DNA of 32,000 bases from Telmatocola sphagniphila. Lineage in GTDB: Bacteria > Planctomycetota > Planctomycetia > Gemmatales > Gemmataceae. The notes below the pieces were generated by a model. It did not search any database and was not told where the DNA came from. It was given only the letters and a program-made list of their open reading frames with translations. The stretch lies in the NCBI RefSeq assembly GCF_018398935.1, contig NZ_CP074694.1:6420001-6452000 (forward strand). The letters are read 5' to 3'. Positions within the stretch are counted from its first letter, which is position 1. Each line of letters begins with the position of its first letter. A program made the position numbers and the translations under genes. This document shows, one piece after another, positions 1-8,922 of the stretch.

Positions 1-322
1 TGTCACGGGGATGCTTTATGGATTCCGTCACGAAAAAAGCTTTCGGTTTCAGGTGCCCACGGCCACGGCCTGCGTGCTCTTGGGTATTTATCTCAAGCTG
101 GAAAGTTGGGAGTGGTGTGCCGTCACTCTTTCCATTGGTTTGGTCCTGACTGCCGAGATGGTGAATACGGCCATTGAAGCGGTTTTTCATGGGCTCGAAG
201 AGGAAACTCGCTCGCGCTGGAACCCTTGTTTGGATATTGCGGCCGGTGCGGTTCTAGTAGCAGGGATAGCAGCCATCACGATCGGTATAATTATCTTCGG
301 TAAACATCTGTCGAACCTTTGA
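1..322 (+). CDS. dgkA: Diacylglycerol/undecaprenol kinase family membrane protein (DgkA-like), 5'-truncated by window edge
   Basis: The reading frame (positions 2, 5, ...) is open to the window start. The C-terminal part carries the DgkA-type motifs AEMVNTAIEAV and DIAAGAVLVAG between hydrophobic helices. Stop TGA at 320-322. Confidence 0.75.
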   Translation, partial: VTGMLYGFRHEKSFRFQVPTATACVLLGIYLKLESWEWCAVTLSIGLVLTAEMVNTAIEAVFHGLEEETRSRWNPCLDIAAGAVLVAGIAAITIGIIIFGKHLSNL

Positions 323-403
323 ATTTGAATGTGACCTCAAGCTCGACCGCGCTATTCCGTAAGATAGCAGAACCTTTGACACTCAAATCGAACTCTATGT
401 ATA

Positions 404-2653
404 ATGCCAATGTCTGGGTCCGATTGGTCGGCAATGCGAAGCCGAATTAGGGAACCTATCATGCTCTGGAAAATCGGTGCTTTGGCCCGGGTAGGCCTAT
501 TACTAGCAATTATCGCCGGCGCGACCTCCTTCGGAGTATCGCGGCTCCAGGCTCAGGATATAGCTAAAGAATCGCTTTTCATTACCGTGCCCAATCCGAT
601 CACCGGGACTGCGGTCGAGCAGATCAAATCCTCGCTAGAAAAGATCCGGACGCAACCGAATACTCGCCTCGACACCGTCGTTTTCGACTTCAACCCGGAA
701 GAGAAAGAGGCCTACTCCAACTCCTACGGCGTGTGCTACGAACTGGCGAACTACATCCGCGATCTGGGCCTGAACGGGACTCGAACAGTCGCTTTCCTCC
801 AGAATAAAACAACTGGCCATACGGTTCTCCCGGCCATTGCCTGTACCGAACTGGTCATGTCCGACAACGCTTCCATCGGCCAGGTGATCGATTCCAAAGC
901 GGGAATGCTTCAAAAAGAACAGCTTGACTACTATCTACAGGTGGGACGGAAAGAATTCGAAGGTCTGATTCAGAAGATGCTCGACAAGAACACGGAAGTC
1001 GTCCGGGGCACCCGCAATCAAGCCACGATTTTCTTCGACGGCCGAAAGAAAAATGACCCGGCATATGCAAATGTCTTTAACGTACAACCCGTCGCTGAGA
1101 TGAATCCCGGCTCCGTCGAACTCTACACCGCCAACCGGGCCAGAACCTACGGCCTATGCACCGTTTCGCTCCCTAATAGAGCGCAAGTCGCCGAATGGTA
1201 CGGCGTCAACCTTCGCGGTGACTTTAATCCCAACCGGCCAGCCAAAGCCTGTAAAATCGATGTGGCCGGGGCCATCGATACGGCTTTCCGGGACAAATTG
1301 CACCGCCAGCTTATGGAAGCGGTCCGCCGTAAGGAAAACACGATATTCCTGATCATGAATTCCGATGGCGGCGGCGATGCCAAGATCGCCTATGAAGTCG
1401 CCGAGGAACTCTCGAATCTCATGGATTCCGAGAAGCTGCCGATTCGGACGGTGGCCTATATTCCCCAGCGGGCACCCGATCTGGTCAGTGTTCTGGCTCT
1501 GGCTTGCTCGGAAATCGTCATGTTCAAAGGCAGTCAGCCGGAGAATGAAGCGATTTTGGGAGATTTTGAGAACTATCTGAATAATCCCAATGTGGTAGAT
1601 GGCGGAGCCGCCGACTTTCTGAAGAAAAACCTCCCTGTCTTGTTGAAGGCCCGTGGACTGCCGGAAATTCTGGCGGCGGGACTTTTGAACAAAGATCTCG
1701 AAATCTATCGGGTCAAGAACCAGAAAACGGGAGCCCGAACCTTGATGTCCAAGCCGGAATTCGACCAGAAGAATGCCGATGCCAAGGACTGGATTCGCGA
1801 AGGGACTTTGAAACAGCCGGGCAATTATCTGAAGCTAAATGCCACCCAGGCCAAAGAACTGCGCTTGGCTACCCACTTGGTAGAGAATCGGGATTTCAAG
1901 GATGTGATGGGCAAATATGGCTTTGAAGATGTCCGCGATGCCCAGCCGCACTGGCTGGACAACCTGGCGGCCGTTCTCCGTCGGACCGAGGTTTCGGCAT
2001 TACTTATTCTAATTGGAATTGCCGGCTTGATTCTGGAATTGAAAGTTCCCGGCTTGACCATTCCCGGAATTGTGTCCGCGATCTGTTTCCTGTTGTTCTT
2101 CTGGGCCCAGTCCCACTATGGAGGACAGATTCTCTACCTGGCAATCGCGCTGTTTATGCTGGGTATAGTGCTCATAGGGATAGAAATATTCCTGTTTCCC
2201 AGTGGAGTGTTAGGAGTCAGCGGCGTCATACTGATAGTCGGCGGTTTGGGACTCGCTACTATCGACCATATTCCCCAGACTAATGAAGAATGGGTCGAGT
2301 TCGGTGGTACTCTCAGCGCTTTCGGCGGTTCAATGATTGGCTCTATTTTCGTGGTAATGCTGGTGGGACGATTCCTGCCAAAGCTGCCATTTGCTAATCG
2401 AATGGTATTGGTACCCCCAAGCGATAAAACTGACGCCGATGCCGATCTGGCTCAATTGCCGGGGGTGGAACAAGCGGTGGCTTTGCTCGGTGCGGTCGGT
2501 GTGGCGACTTCCACACTCCGTCCGGCGGGACTGGCGAAATTGAACGATCATTACGTCGATGTGGTGACCGAAGGGGACTTCATTGATGTGGGAACTCCGG
2601 TACAGGTAATCGAAGTCGAGGGAACCCGCATTGTGGTTCGACGCGTCGGCTGA
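404..2653 (+). CDS. Long NfeD-family membrane protein: two ClpP/NfeD-protease-like modules, a multi-helix membrane block and a C-terminal NfeD OB-type domain
   Basis: 749-aa ORF. The N-terminus is signal/TM-like (LWKIGALARVGLLLAIIAGATSFG), so an alternative ATG at 461 is plausible. The second module has an IMNSDGGGDAKIA motif resembling the xxTPGG motif of NfeD proteases. Hydrophobic helices span roughly aa 525-650. The C-terminal VGVATSTLRPAGLAKLNDHYVDVVTEGDFIDVGTPVQVIEVEGTRIVVRR is typical of the NfeD beta-barrel. It lies directly upstream of floA, as yqeZ does in Bacillus subtilis. Confidence 0.8.
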   Translation: MPMSGSDWSAMRSRIREPIMLWKIGALARVGLLLAIIAGATSFGVSRLQAQDIAKESLFITVPNPITGTAVEQIKSSLEKIRTQPNTRLDTVVFDFNPEEKEAYSNSYGVCYELANYIRDLGLNGTRTVAFLQNKTTGHTVLPAIACTELVMSDNASIGQVIDSKAGMLQKEQLDYYLQVGRKEFEGLIQKMLDKNTEVVRGTRNQATIFFDGRKKNDPAYANVFNVQPVAEMNPGSVELYTANRARTYGLCTVSLPNRAQVAEWYGVNLRGDFNPNRPAKACKIDVAGAIDTAFRDKLHRQLMEAVRRKENTIFLIMNSDGGGDAKIAYEVAEELSNLMDSEKLPIRTVAYIPQRAPDLVSVLALACSEIVMFKGSQPENEAILGDFENYLNNPNVVDGGAADFLKKNLPVLLKARGLPEILAAGLLNKDLEIYRVKNQKTGARTLMSKPEFDQKNADAKDWIREGTLKQPGNYLKLNATQAKELRLATHLVENRDFKDVMGKYGFEDVRDAQPHWLDNLAAVLRRTEVSALLILIGIAGLILELKVPGLTIPGIVSAICFLLFFWAQSHYGGQILYLAIALFMLGIVLIGIEIFLFPSGVLGVSGVILIVGGLGLATIDHIPQTNEEWVEFGGTLSAFGGSMIGSIFVVMLVGRFLPKLPFANRMVLVPPSDKTDADADLAQLPGVEQAVALLGAVGVATSTLRPAGLAKLNDHYVDVVTEGDFIDVGTPVQVIEVEGTRIVVRRVG

Positions 2654-2668
2654 TCCGAAACAAATGGA

Positions 2669-3199
2669 TTGCGGATGGATAATGTAACTTTGGCGTTCGT
2701 GCTCATCGCCTGCGGCTTGCTGCTGATGATGGCGGAAATGTTCATGCCCACCGGGGGCATTTTCTTCATATTTTCCGCTGGCTGTATCCTCACTGGTCTC
2801 ACACTCTCGTTTCTCTATGGGGAAACCTATACAGGTATCGCTACGCTGATTGCGGTTTTTGTGCTGGTACCCGCCGTTTCTGCGGGTATGATCTATTGGT
2901 TCCCAGCCACGGCCATGGGCGACCGCCTGCAGCCTCCTACCGAAGAGACCAGTATCGCTCATATGGCGGGTCTTCAAGAATTGGATCAATATAAAGGCCG
3001 AGTTGGGAAATCCTCCTCCGCTCTCCGGCCTTCCGGGGTTGTCGATTTCGATGGCAATCGAATCGACTGCGTGAGCGAGGGTATGATGATAGAACCCGGA
3101 CAGTGGGTTCGCTGTATCGATGTGAAATCCGGCCGGGTGATAGTCCGGCAGATTGATAAACCTGCTACGACAAAATTCGAACACCCCGACTTCGAATAA
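2669..3199 (+). CDS. Short NfeD-family membrane protein (membrane helices plus C-terminal OB-type domain)
   Basis: 176-aa ORF with TTG at 2669; the ATG at 2675 is the more likely start. It has three hydrophobic helices. The C-terminal GRVGKSSSALRPSGVVDFDGNRIDCVSEGMMIEPGQWVRCIDVKSGRVIVRQ parallels the C-terminus of the preceding NfeD. It begins 16-22 nt after the upstream stop. Confidence 0.75.
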   Translation: MRMDNVTLAFVLIACGLLLMMAEMFMPTGGIFFIFSAGCILTGLTLSFLYGETYTGIATLIAVFVLVPAVSAGMIYWFPATAMGDRLQPPTEETSIAHMAGLQELDQYKGRVGKSSSALRPSGVVDFDGNRIDCVSEGMMIEPGQWVRCIDVKSGRVIVRQIDKPATTKFEHPDFE

Positions 3200-3256
3200 C
3201 AAATAGTCAGATCGTAGAATTTGACCATTTCGAATGAGTCCTGAAAGGAACGCACC

Positions 3257-4318
3257 GTGAGTTTAATCCCCCTGTTCGCTGCTGACCCTCCCAAAGGCGA
3301 TTGGCTCAGTGGTGACAAATCGTACTGGTTGATCATCGGCGCCGTGGCCATTCTGATCGGCATCTTCATGCTAATCATTTTCTTCAGCTTCGTCCGCCTC
3401 TGGATCCAGAGCGTTCTGACCGGAGCGAAAATTCGTTTCTCCAGTCTAATCGGCATGAAGTTGCGAAACGTGGATTATGGGATGATCGTCCGCCAGAAGA
3501 TTGCACTTGTGCAGGCGGGTGTGAAAATTACCACCGAAGATCTCGAATCTCACTTCCTCGCACGTGGTAACGTTCCAAAAACGGCGACGGCCGTGATTGC
3601 CGCTCACAAAGCGGGTATGGATTTGCCCTGGCGGATCGCGGCTGCCATCGACTTGGCCGGTCGTGACGTGCTGGACGCCGTGCGAACCTCGGTGAATCCC
3701 AAGGTTATCGATTGTCCGGATCCGACCAAGGGCCGCAGTTTTTTGGACGCTGTCTGCCGCAACGGGATTCAGCTTCGTTGCAAAGCTCGAGTTACGGTTC
3801 GAACCAAGCTCGAACGGCTCGTCGGTGGGGCGACCGAGGAAACGATTATTGCCCGCGTTGGTGAAGGGATCGTTAAAGCGATCGGTTCCGCCGATGATCA
3901 CAAGCAGGTTCTGGCCAACCCGAACTTGATTTCCCAGACGGTGCTGCACAATTCACTCGACGCCCAGACGGCATTCGAAATCGTCTCCATCGATATCGCG
4001 GATATCGAAGTCGGCGAAAATATCGGTGCGAAACTGCAGACCGACCAGGCCGCCGCGGATTTGCGAGTTGCTCAAGCCGAAGCGGAAAAACGCCGTGCGG
4101 CTGCTGTGGCGCGTGAGCAGGAAATGTCCGCGCTCGTGCAGGAGAACCGGGCTAAAGTGGTGGAAGCCGAGGCCGCGGTTCCGCAGGCGATTGCCGCGGC
4201 ATTTCGCGACGGCCGAATCGGTATCATGGAATACTACCAGATGAAAAACCTGCAATCGGACACCGACATGCGTTCCAGCATTGCCGGGGTACGCAACGAT
4301 TCCAACAACAACCGCTAG
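3257..4318 (+). CDS. floA: Flotillin-like protein FloA (SPFH/band-7, UPF0365/YqfA family)
   Basis: The 353-aa product is collinear by eye with B. subtilis FloA/YqfA. Shared blocks include [59 protein letters not shown] and LQTDQA.AD. GTG start, with AAAGGA 8 nt upstream. Confidence 0.92.
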   Translation: MSLIPLFAADPPKGDWLSGDKSYWLIIGAVAILIGIFMLIIFFSFVRLWIQSVLTGAKIRFSSLIGMKLRNVDYGMIVRQKIALVQAGVKITTEDLESHFLARGNVPKTATAVIAAHKAGMDLPWRIAAAIDLAGRDVLDAVRTSVNPKVIDCPDPTKGRSFLDAVCRNGIQLRCKARVTVRTKLERLVGGATEETIIARVGEGIVKAIGSADDHKQVLANPNLISQTVLHNSLDAQTAFEIVSIDIADIEVGENIGAKLQTDQAAADLRVAQAEAEKRRAAAVAREQEMSALVQENRAKVVEAEAAVPQAIAAAFRDGRIGIMEYYQMKNLQSDTDMRSSIAGVRNDSNNNR

Positions 4319-4384
4319 GACGGTCGAATGCGGCAGTCCTGTTTCTTCGCTTGATACCGCGCTGGCAAACCGCGAGATGAAGTC

Positions 4385-5059
4385 ATGAATATCGGTGGGC
4401 CATTAATAGTTATTGTTATCTTCCTGGTGATCTGGGTGGTGACGCAGGTCATCCGCGCCCAATCGGAAGATAACAAGGGATACAACAAACGAACCGGTAA
4501 TCCGCGCAGCAATATTGGCGAATCCAAGCCTCTACAACAGAACACCGGTACTGATATCGAACGATTTCTTCAAGAAATTGATCGCTTGCGAAAGAAATCG
4601 GCCGATGCGGGTGGGACTGCTGGAACTCCTCCTCCCCGGCCGAGCGGTGGAGGGTACAATCCCCCCAAACCTGTACCGACGAGTTCCAGCCGCAGCACCC
4701 CGCCGCGACCAAAACCGATTGCTCAGAAAAAACCTAAGCCTGTGCCGCCGCCCCGCCGGCCTGAGCCGGTTTCGAAACCGGTGGAGACTTCCAAACCTTA
4801 CGCGTTGCCGCCCCAACCTCCGTCGCCGATTACAGACACAACTCCGGTACTACCAAGTGCTCCGGCACCTGTTCTGGAATCGTTTGCAGCACCGGTGGTT
4901 ACAAAGATTGTTTCCCTCAAAACCGCCGATAGACGGGTCGATAACCAGGAAATTCTCAGTGGCTTGGAATCGATACTGAAAACGAATAAAGGACCGCAGT
5001 TAGCCGTGATACTCACGGAAATCCTCGGTCCGCCGAAATCCGCACGCCGGCCGTCATAA
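4385..5059 (+). CDS. Hypothetical membrane-anchored proline-rich protein
   Basis: 224-aa ORF with one N-terminal TM helix (PLIVIVIFLVIWVVTQVI), a long Pro/Lys/Ser-rich low-complexity middle (PPPRPSGGGYNPPKPVP...PKPVPPPRRPEP) and a short structured-looking tail. It is on the same strand as floA, 66 nt downstream. I recognise no family. Confidence 0.55.
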   Translation: MNIGGPLIVIVIFLVIWVVTQVIRAQSEDNKGYNKRTGNPRSNIGESKPLQQNTGTDIERFLQEIDRLRKKSADAGGTAGTPPPRPSGGGYNPPKPVPTSSSRSTPPRPKPIAQKKPKPVPPPRRPEPVSKPVETSKPYALPPQPPSPITDTTPVLPSAPAPVLESFAAPVVTKIVSLKTADRRVDNQEILSGLESILKTNKGPQLAVILTEILGPPKSARRPS

Positions 5060-5134
5060 GCTGGTTTTTTTTCTTGAACGATTCGCCTACGCCGGTTATA
5101 GCTCCCACGTTCCGTCCACTGTGGGTGCTCCAAC

Positions 5135-5590
5135 ATGGTTTCCAATCTGTCTGTCGGCCTGATCTGTTTTTATCAAAGGTGGATCTCCCCGCGCAAGGGC
5201 TTCCATTGTGCATATCGTGTGTTTCACAAAGAATCTTCCTGCTCAGAATTCTTGAAATGTCTTTGCCGGGAGCGCGGTTTCTTTTTCGCCTTGCGTGCTT
5301 CTCGCCCGCGGTTTCGAGCGTGTCGAGTGGCCTCTCTTGAGATGAGGCAACGGTCACTTATGGTTTCGAAAATGAATGAGGAACCCGAACAAAACGAGGG
5401 GAAATCCCCGGAAGAACGATTGGAGTTCGCGAGAAAGAGAGATCAGGCTCGATCCGAGAGTCAGAAGACTAAGCAGAATAAGGAATCAGAACACCCGAGT
5501 GCGTGGAGCAATGCCTGCGACTTTCTCGGCTGCGGTCTGGGCGTTTGCGACTTATTCGAGGCCTGTGGGGCGCTTGGTGCCTGCGCTTAA
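5135..5590 (+). CDS. YidD-family (membrane protein insertion efficiency factor-like) protein with charged linker and Cys/Gly-rich C-terminal tail
   Basis: The N-terminal roughly 65 aa match the YidD pattern FYQ-x2-ISP...C...SCSE(Y/F)...G...R..RC (LICFYQRWISPRKGFHCAYRVFHKESSCSEFLKCLCRERGFFFALRASRPRFRAC). This is followed by a Glu/Lys-rich stretch and the tail ACDFLGCGLGVCDLFEACGALGACA. Confidence 0.6.
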   Translation: MVSNLSVGLICFYQRWISPRKGFHCAYRVFHKESSCSEFLKCLCRERGFFFALRASRPRFRACRVASLEMRQRSLMVSKMNEEPEQNEGKSPEERLEFARKRDQARSESQKTKQNKESEHPSAWSNACDFLGCGLGVCDLFEACGALGACA

Positions 5591-5592
5591 TC

Positions 5593-6105
5593 TTAATATT
5601 TGAGCAGGCTGAAGACTTCGTAGCCCTGCAATTTCTGTCGGCCTTGCAGAAACGTCAATTCAATCAAAAAAGCACAGCTATCGACAACACCGCCCGCCTG
5701 TTCGATCAATGACGCCCCAGCTTTCATCGTCCCCCCCGTCGCCAGTACGTCATCGATTAAAAGCACTCGGTCGTGGATTTGAATCCCATCGGTGTGCATC
5801 TGCAATTCCGCACTGCCGTATTCCAGCTCGTATTTGAGCGAGTAGGTGCGATAGGGGAGTTTGCCTGGTTTGCGAAGCGGCACAAGAGGTTTTTCCAATT
5901 CCAACGCCAAAGGCGCGGCAAAGAGAAACCCACGAGCTTCCGCGGCGGCGATGGCGTCGATCTTGCGGGTTTTGTAGATCTCCGCCAGTAACTTGATGCT
6001 GTGTCGAAAAGCTTTGGGGTCCGCTAGGAGCGGCATGATGTCTTTGAAGAGAATGCCCGGTTTGGGAAAGTCGGGAATATCGCGGATGTACTGATCGAGA
6101 TTCAT
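5593..6105 (-). CDS. apt: Adenine phosphoribosyltransferase
   Basis: 170 aa. It has the Apt N-terminus IRDIPDFPKPGILFKDI and the PRPP-binding loop VLLIDDVLATGGT. The length is typical. Confidence 0.95.
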   Translation of the reverse strand: MNLDQYIRDIPDFPKPGILFKDIMPLLADPKAFRHSIKLLAEIYKTRKIDAIAAAEARGFLFAAPLALELEKPLVPLRKPGKLPYRTYSLKYELEYGSAELQMHTDGIQIHDRVLLIDDVLATGGTMKAGASLIEQAGGVVDSCAFLIELTFLQGRQKLQGYEVFSLLKY

Positions 6106-6122
6106 GAACGGTTCACCTGCCT

Positions 6123-7172
6123 TTACGTCGAAGACGGCCCGCCGAATTGCGAGATGACTTGGACCACGCAGCGATTACGCCCGGTTTTTTTGGCTTTGCT
6201 GAGTGCGGAGGCGGCCGTTTCTCTCATCTGATCATATCCGGCCAGAACCAGAGAATCCACCACTACCATTCCCACACTGACGGTGATTTGAATTTTGTGA
6301 CCATTGTAGGTCGTGTGGCTGATTTCCACGGTGGACCGAATGCGTTCGGCAAGAATTCGGGCTCCTTCGACATTGGTATCGGGCGCCAGGATCATGAACT
6401 CTTCGCCCCCCACGCGAGCAACGGTGTCGATGGTGCGGATGGCATTTTGGAGCGTCTGGGATAGCCACTTCAGAACGTGATCGCCGCCCGGCAGCAGGTA
6501 CTGAGTGTTAATATCCTTGAAATAATCGGCATCCACCAGGGCGATGGCCAGCGGGGAAGGGGTGCGGGCGCGACGTAACATCTCATTTTTTGCCAGTCGG
6601 TCGATCGCTCGACGATTAGGGAGGTTCGTCAGTGCATCGGTCAGGGCCATCCGCTGAAGCATGTGATTCCGCGAGTGCAGTTGCTTGTTGGCTTCCTGCA
6701 ACTCCTGGGTGCGATCGATAACTCGCTGTTCCAGTTCGCTGTTTAAGCGTTTGAGTTCGTCGAGAAGTTGTTCGTTGCGCCTTTCCAGATGAAATAGATG
6801 AGAAGCATTGCGAACGATAGTAATGAGTTGATCGGGGCGCCAAGGTTTGAATAGAAACCGCTGCGCGATCCCATCGTTGATGGCTTCCACGGCCCGTTCG
6901 AGGCTAAAAAGACCCGTCATAAGAATGCGAACGGTTCTCGGATCGTGATTTTTGACCCATTCTAGAAAGGGAATTCCCTGAAGACCGGGTAATTGCTGGT
7001 CGCAGATGACAACTTCAATGTGGTTGCGCAGACAGGTTTCGCGCGCTTCCTCGGCGGATTCCGCCAGATAAACCTGGTAGTCGGAGGCCAATGTGGTCCG
7101 GGCCATGTTTCTGAGCACGGGTTCGTCGTCAACGATTAAAACCGTACTTTTGTGACGGTTATCCGTACTCAC
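6123..7172 (-). CDS. Response regulator with receiver domain, coiled-coil linker and GGDEF diguanylate cyclase domain
   Basis: 349 aa with a GTG start. The REC domain has LIVDDEP and the acceptor context VVICDQQLPG. A heptad-like linker follows (LLDELKRLNSELEQRVIDRTQELQEANKQL). The GGDEF domain has an intact GGEEF, and RTID lies five residues upstream (an RxxD I-site). Confidence 0.9.
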   Translation of the reverse strand: MSTDNRHKSTVLIVDDEPVLRNMARTTLASDYQVYLAESAEEARETCLRNHIEVVICDQQLPGLQGIPFLEWVKNHDPRTVRILMTGLFSLERAVEAINDGIAQRFLFKPWRPDQLITIVRNASHLFHLERRNEQLLDELKRLNSELEQRVIDRTQELQEANKQLHSRNHMLQRMALTDALTNLPNRRAIDRLAKNEMLRRARTPSPLAIALVDADYFKDINTQYLLPGGDHVLKWLSQTLQNAIRTIDTVARVGGEEFMILAPDTNVEGARILAERIRSTVEISHTTYNGHKIQITVSVGMVVVDSLVLAGYDQMRETAASALSKAKKTGRNRCVVQVISQFGGPSST

Positions 7173-7641
7173 CTCTGCACACGCCCCGCTTAAGTTCTGT
7201 CACGAGATTGGTCGATAATGACTAGCCCAAGAGGATTATAACTTACTACTTTCGACTTGTATCGAAATAAAACCCGCGTCCCGGTAATTTGGAGAAAGCT
7301 CTCGGCCTAAACTCGGTTTAATATGGCGAGCTGTGGAGATCTGACTGAGTTTACATGGATTTCGAGTGCAAGATATTGAAGTCCGTGTGTATAATTAGAG
7401 ATCTTGTGACGAGGGGCACGACCGGTAAATCTCGCTAGACCAGTCGTTATAAATGTTAGAATCGGAAATATTTTCCTTTTTTGACATTTCCTTCTTGATC
7501 AGTATTTGGCTTTCAACTACAATCACTCGTCGCTAAAGGTTGTTTTATTGTTACAGGGGTTAGTGGTGACTCGGCCGGGACGGGTGTAATTTTCCGTCTG
7601 ATTTGACATATTCGAAATTGTCTAAATCTTAACGGCAACGC

Positions 7642-7648
7642 AAGGAGG
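7642..7648 (+). promoter_or_regulatory. Shine-Dalgarno sequence AAGGAGG for the sigma-factor gene
   Basis: A perfect AAGGAGG lies 6 nt upstream of the in-frame TTG at 7655. Nearby GTG and TTG codons in the other frame hit a stop within a few codons. Confidence 0.6.
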
Positions 7649-7654
7649 TGTTGT

Positions 7655-8821
7655 TTGGACCGAGCTGACAAAGGGGATTCGGAGATATCTGAATCCTCTC
7701 AGGTGATTCCGTCCGATTGGTCGGAATTGCCACCGTGGCAGGAACTCGCGGAAGGCCAGATCCCCGAAGATTTATTAGATTCAAAGCAGAATCGAAGGGG
7801 AAAAAAACGTATGAAGTCAGCGAGGAAAAAACGAGCTTCCACTGCTGCCGCCACTCTGAGTGAAACACCTCTGACCGCATTCTCATCGGACTTATTGACA
7901 CCCGAGGAAGAACGCGAGCTTTTGAGTGGTTTCTGGGACTGCAAGACGGAACTAGTTAGACTGCTGATTCGTAGCTATCCGGAACTGCGTGCGAACCGAC
8001 CACCTCTCGAACCTTGGCCTATGGCCCAGTTTATCCGAGAATATTGCGAAGAAAAGAAGCTGCTTGACCTGCCGACGATCTACCGGCTCTATGACCGTTA
8101 CGTTCGCTTCAAGCATCGTCTGGCTTCAGCGAACATTCGTCTGGCCGCTCACGTGGCTAAACGCTTCCGCCATCATAGTTTGAGCTATGCTGACCTGCTT
8201 CAAGAAGCGGTCTGCGGTCTCATGCAGGCGATCGACCGCTTCGACGTCAGTCATGGCACTCGCTTGGCTACCTATGCCACCTGGTGGATTCGTCAGACTC
8301 TCCAGATTGCCGTGGCTCGCCAGAGTCACTTAGTCAGCCTGTCGCCGCACCACTTGCAAGAGTTGGGGCTGTTGCAGCAGGAATCGGAAGCTTTGGCTCA
8401 CGGAGGCAAGCACTTGCCCAGCCCGCAGGAGCTGGCGAGTCGAACCGGCAGCAGCCTGGAGCACTTGACTCACCTGCAGACGGCCACTCGCACTCCGGTT
8501 TCCTTGAACGCGGTTCTCGATGACGACAGCGATTTCAAGCTAACTGAAGCGATGCCGGACAATCAAAGCAGCACACTGCAGAACAACAATGAGCGTCAGG
8601 AAGCTCTCGGATTCCTGATGGAGAATCTGCGACCTCGCGAACGTAAAGTGCTCGACCTGCGATTTGGTCTGACCGGCAATGGCACTCATAGCCTCCGCCA
8701 GATCGGACACCTGCTGCGGATTTCCAAGGAACGGGTTCGCCAGATTCAGAACCGCGCTCTGGAAAAACTCCGGGCATCGGCCGAACGAGTGGGTTGGGAA
8801 CCCAGCCTGCTGCTCGACTAA
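7655..8821 (+). CDS. RNA polymerase sigma factor, sigma-70 family (alternative, RpoD-related; regions 1.2/2/3/4 present)
   Basis: 388 aa. Region 2 reads YADLLQEAVCGLMQAIDRFDVSHGTRLATYATWWIRQTL. Region 4 reads RERKVLDLRFGL...SLRQIGHLLRISKERVRQIQNRALEKLR. There is a roughly 90-aa acidic-then-basic N-terminal extension. The primary-sigma RTIRIP-type motif is absent, so I call it an alternative sigma. Confidence 0.85.
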   Translation: MDRADKGDSEISESSQVIPSDWSELPPWQELAEGQIPEDLLDSKQNRRGKKRMKSARKKRASTAAATLSETPLTAFSSDLLTPEEERELLSGFWDCKTELVRLLIRSYPELRANRPPLEPWPMAQFIREYCEEKKLLDLPTIYRLYDRYVRFKHRLASANIRLAAHVAKRFRHHSLSYADLLQEAVCGLMQAIDRFDVSHGTRLATYATWWIRQTLQIAVARQSHLVSLSPHHLQELGLLQQESEALAHGGKHLPSPQELASRTGSSLEHLTHLQTATRTPVSLNAVLDDDSDFKLTEAMPDNQSSTLQNNNERQEALGFLMENLRPRERKVLDLRFGLTGNGTHSLRQIGHLLRISKERVRQIQNRALEKLRASAERVGWEPSLLLD

Positions 8822-8845
8822 TTTGCTGGCCGCATTCTAGACTTG

Positions 8846-8875
8846 AAGCCGCGAGGATTCTCTCGCGGCTTTTTT
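8846..8875 (+). terminator. Intrinsic terminator after the sigma-factor gene
   Basis: AAGCCGCGAG (8846-8855) pairs perfectly with CTCGCGGCTT (8862-8871) around the loop GATTCT. It runs into a T-tract (TTTTTT), 25 nt after the stop. Confidence 0.7.
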
Positions 8876-8922
8876 CGTATGGCAAAACGGTGATTTTCGC
8901 GAGATTTTTTTCTGGCGCGCTA

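Noticed and set aside
4515-4979. Alternative-frame ORFs within the proline-rich gene (154 aa on + at 4515-4979; 94 aa on - at 4532-4816)
   Set aside because: They are by-products of the repetitive CCN/CGN-rich sequence. The 224-aa frame is the only one with a TM anchor and an uninterrupted reading frame across the whole region.
5730-5736. C7 (G7 on the coding strand) homopolymer inside apt as a possible phase-variation tract
   Set aside because: It encodes the conserved TGGT of the PRPP-binding loop (ACG GGG GGG ACG). The run is short and is explained by codon choice, so there is no evidence of slippage.
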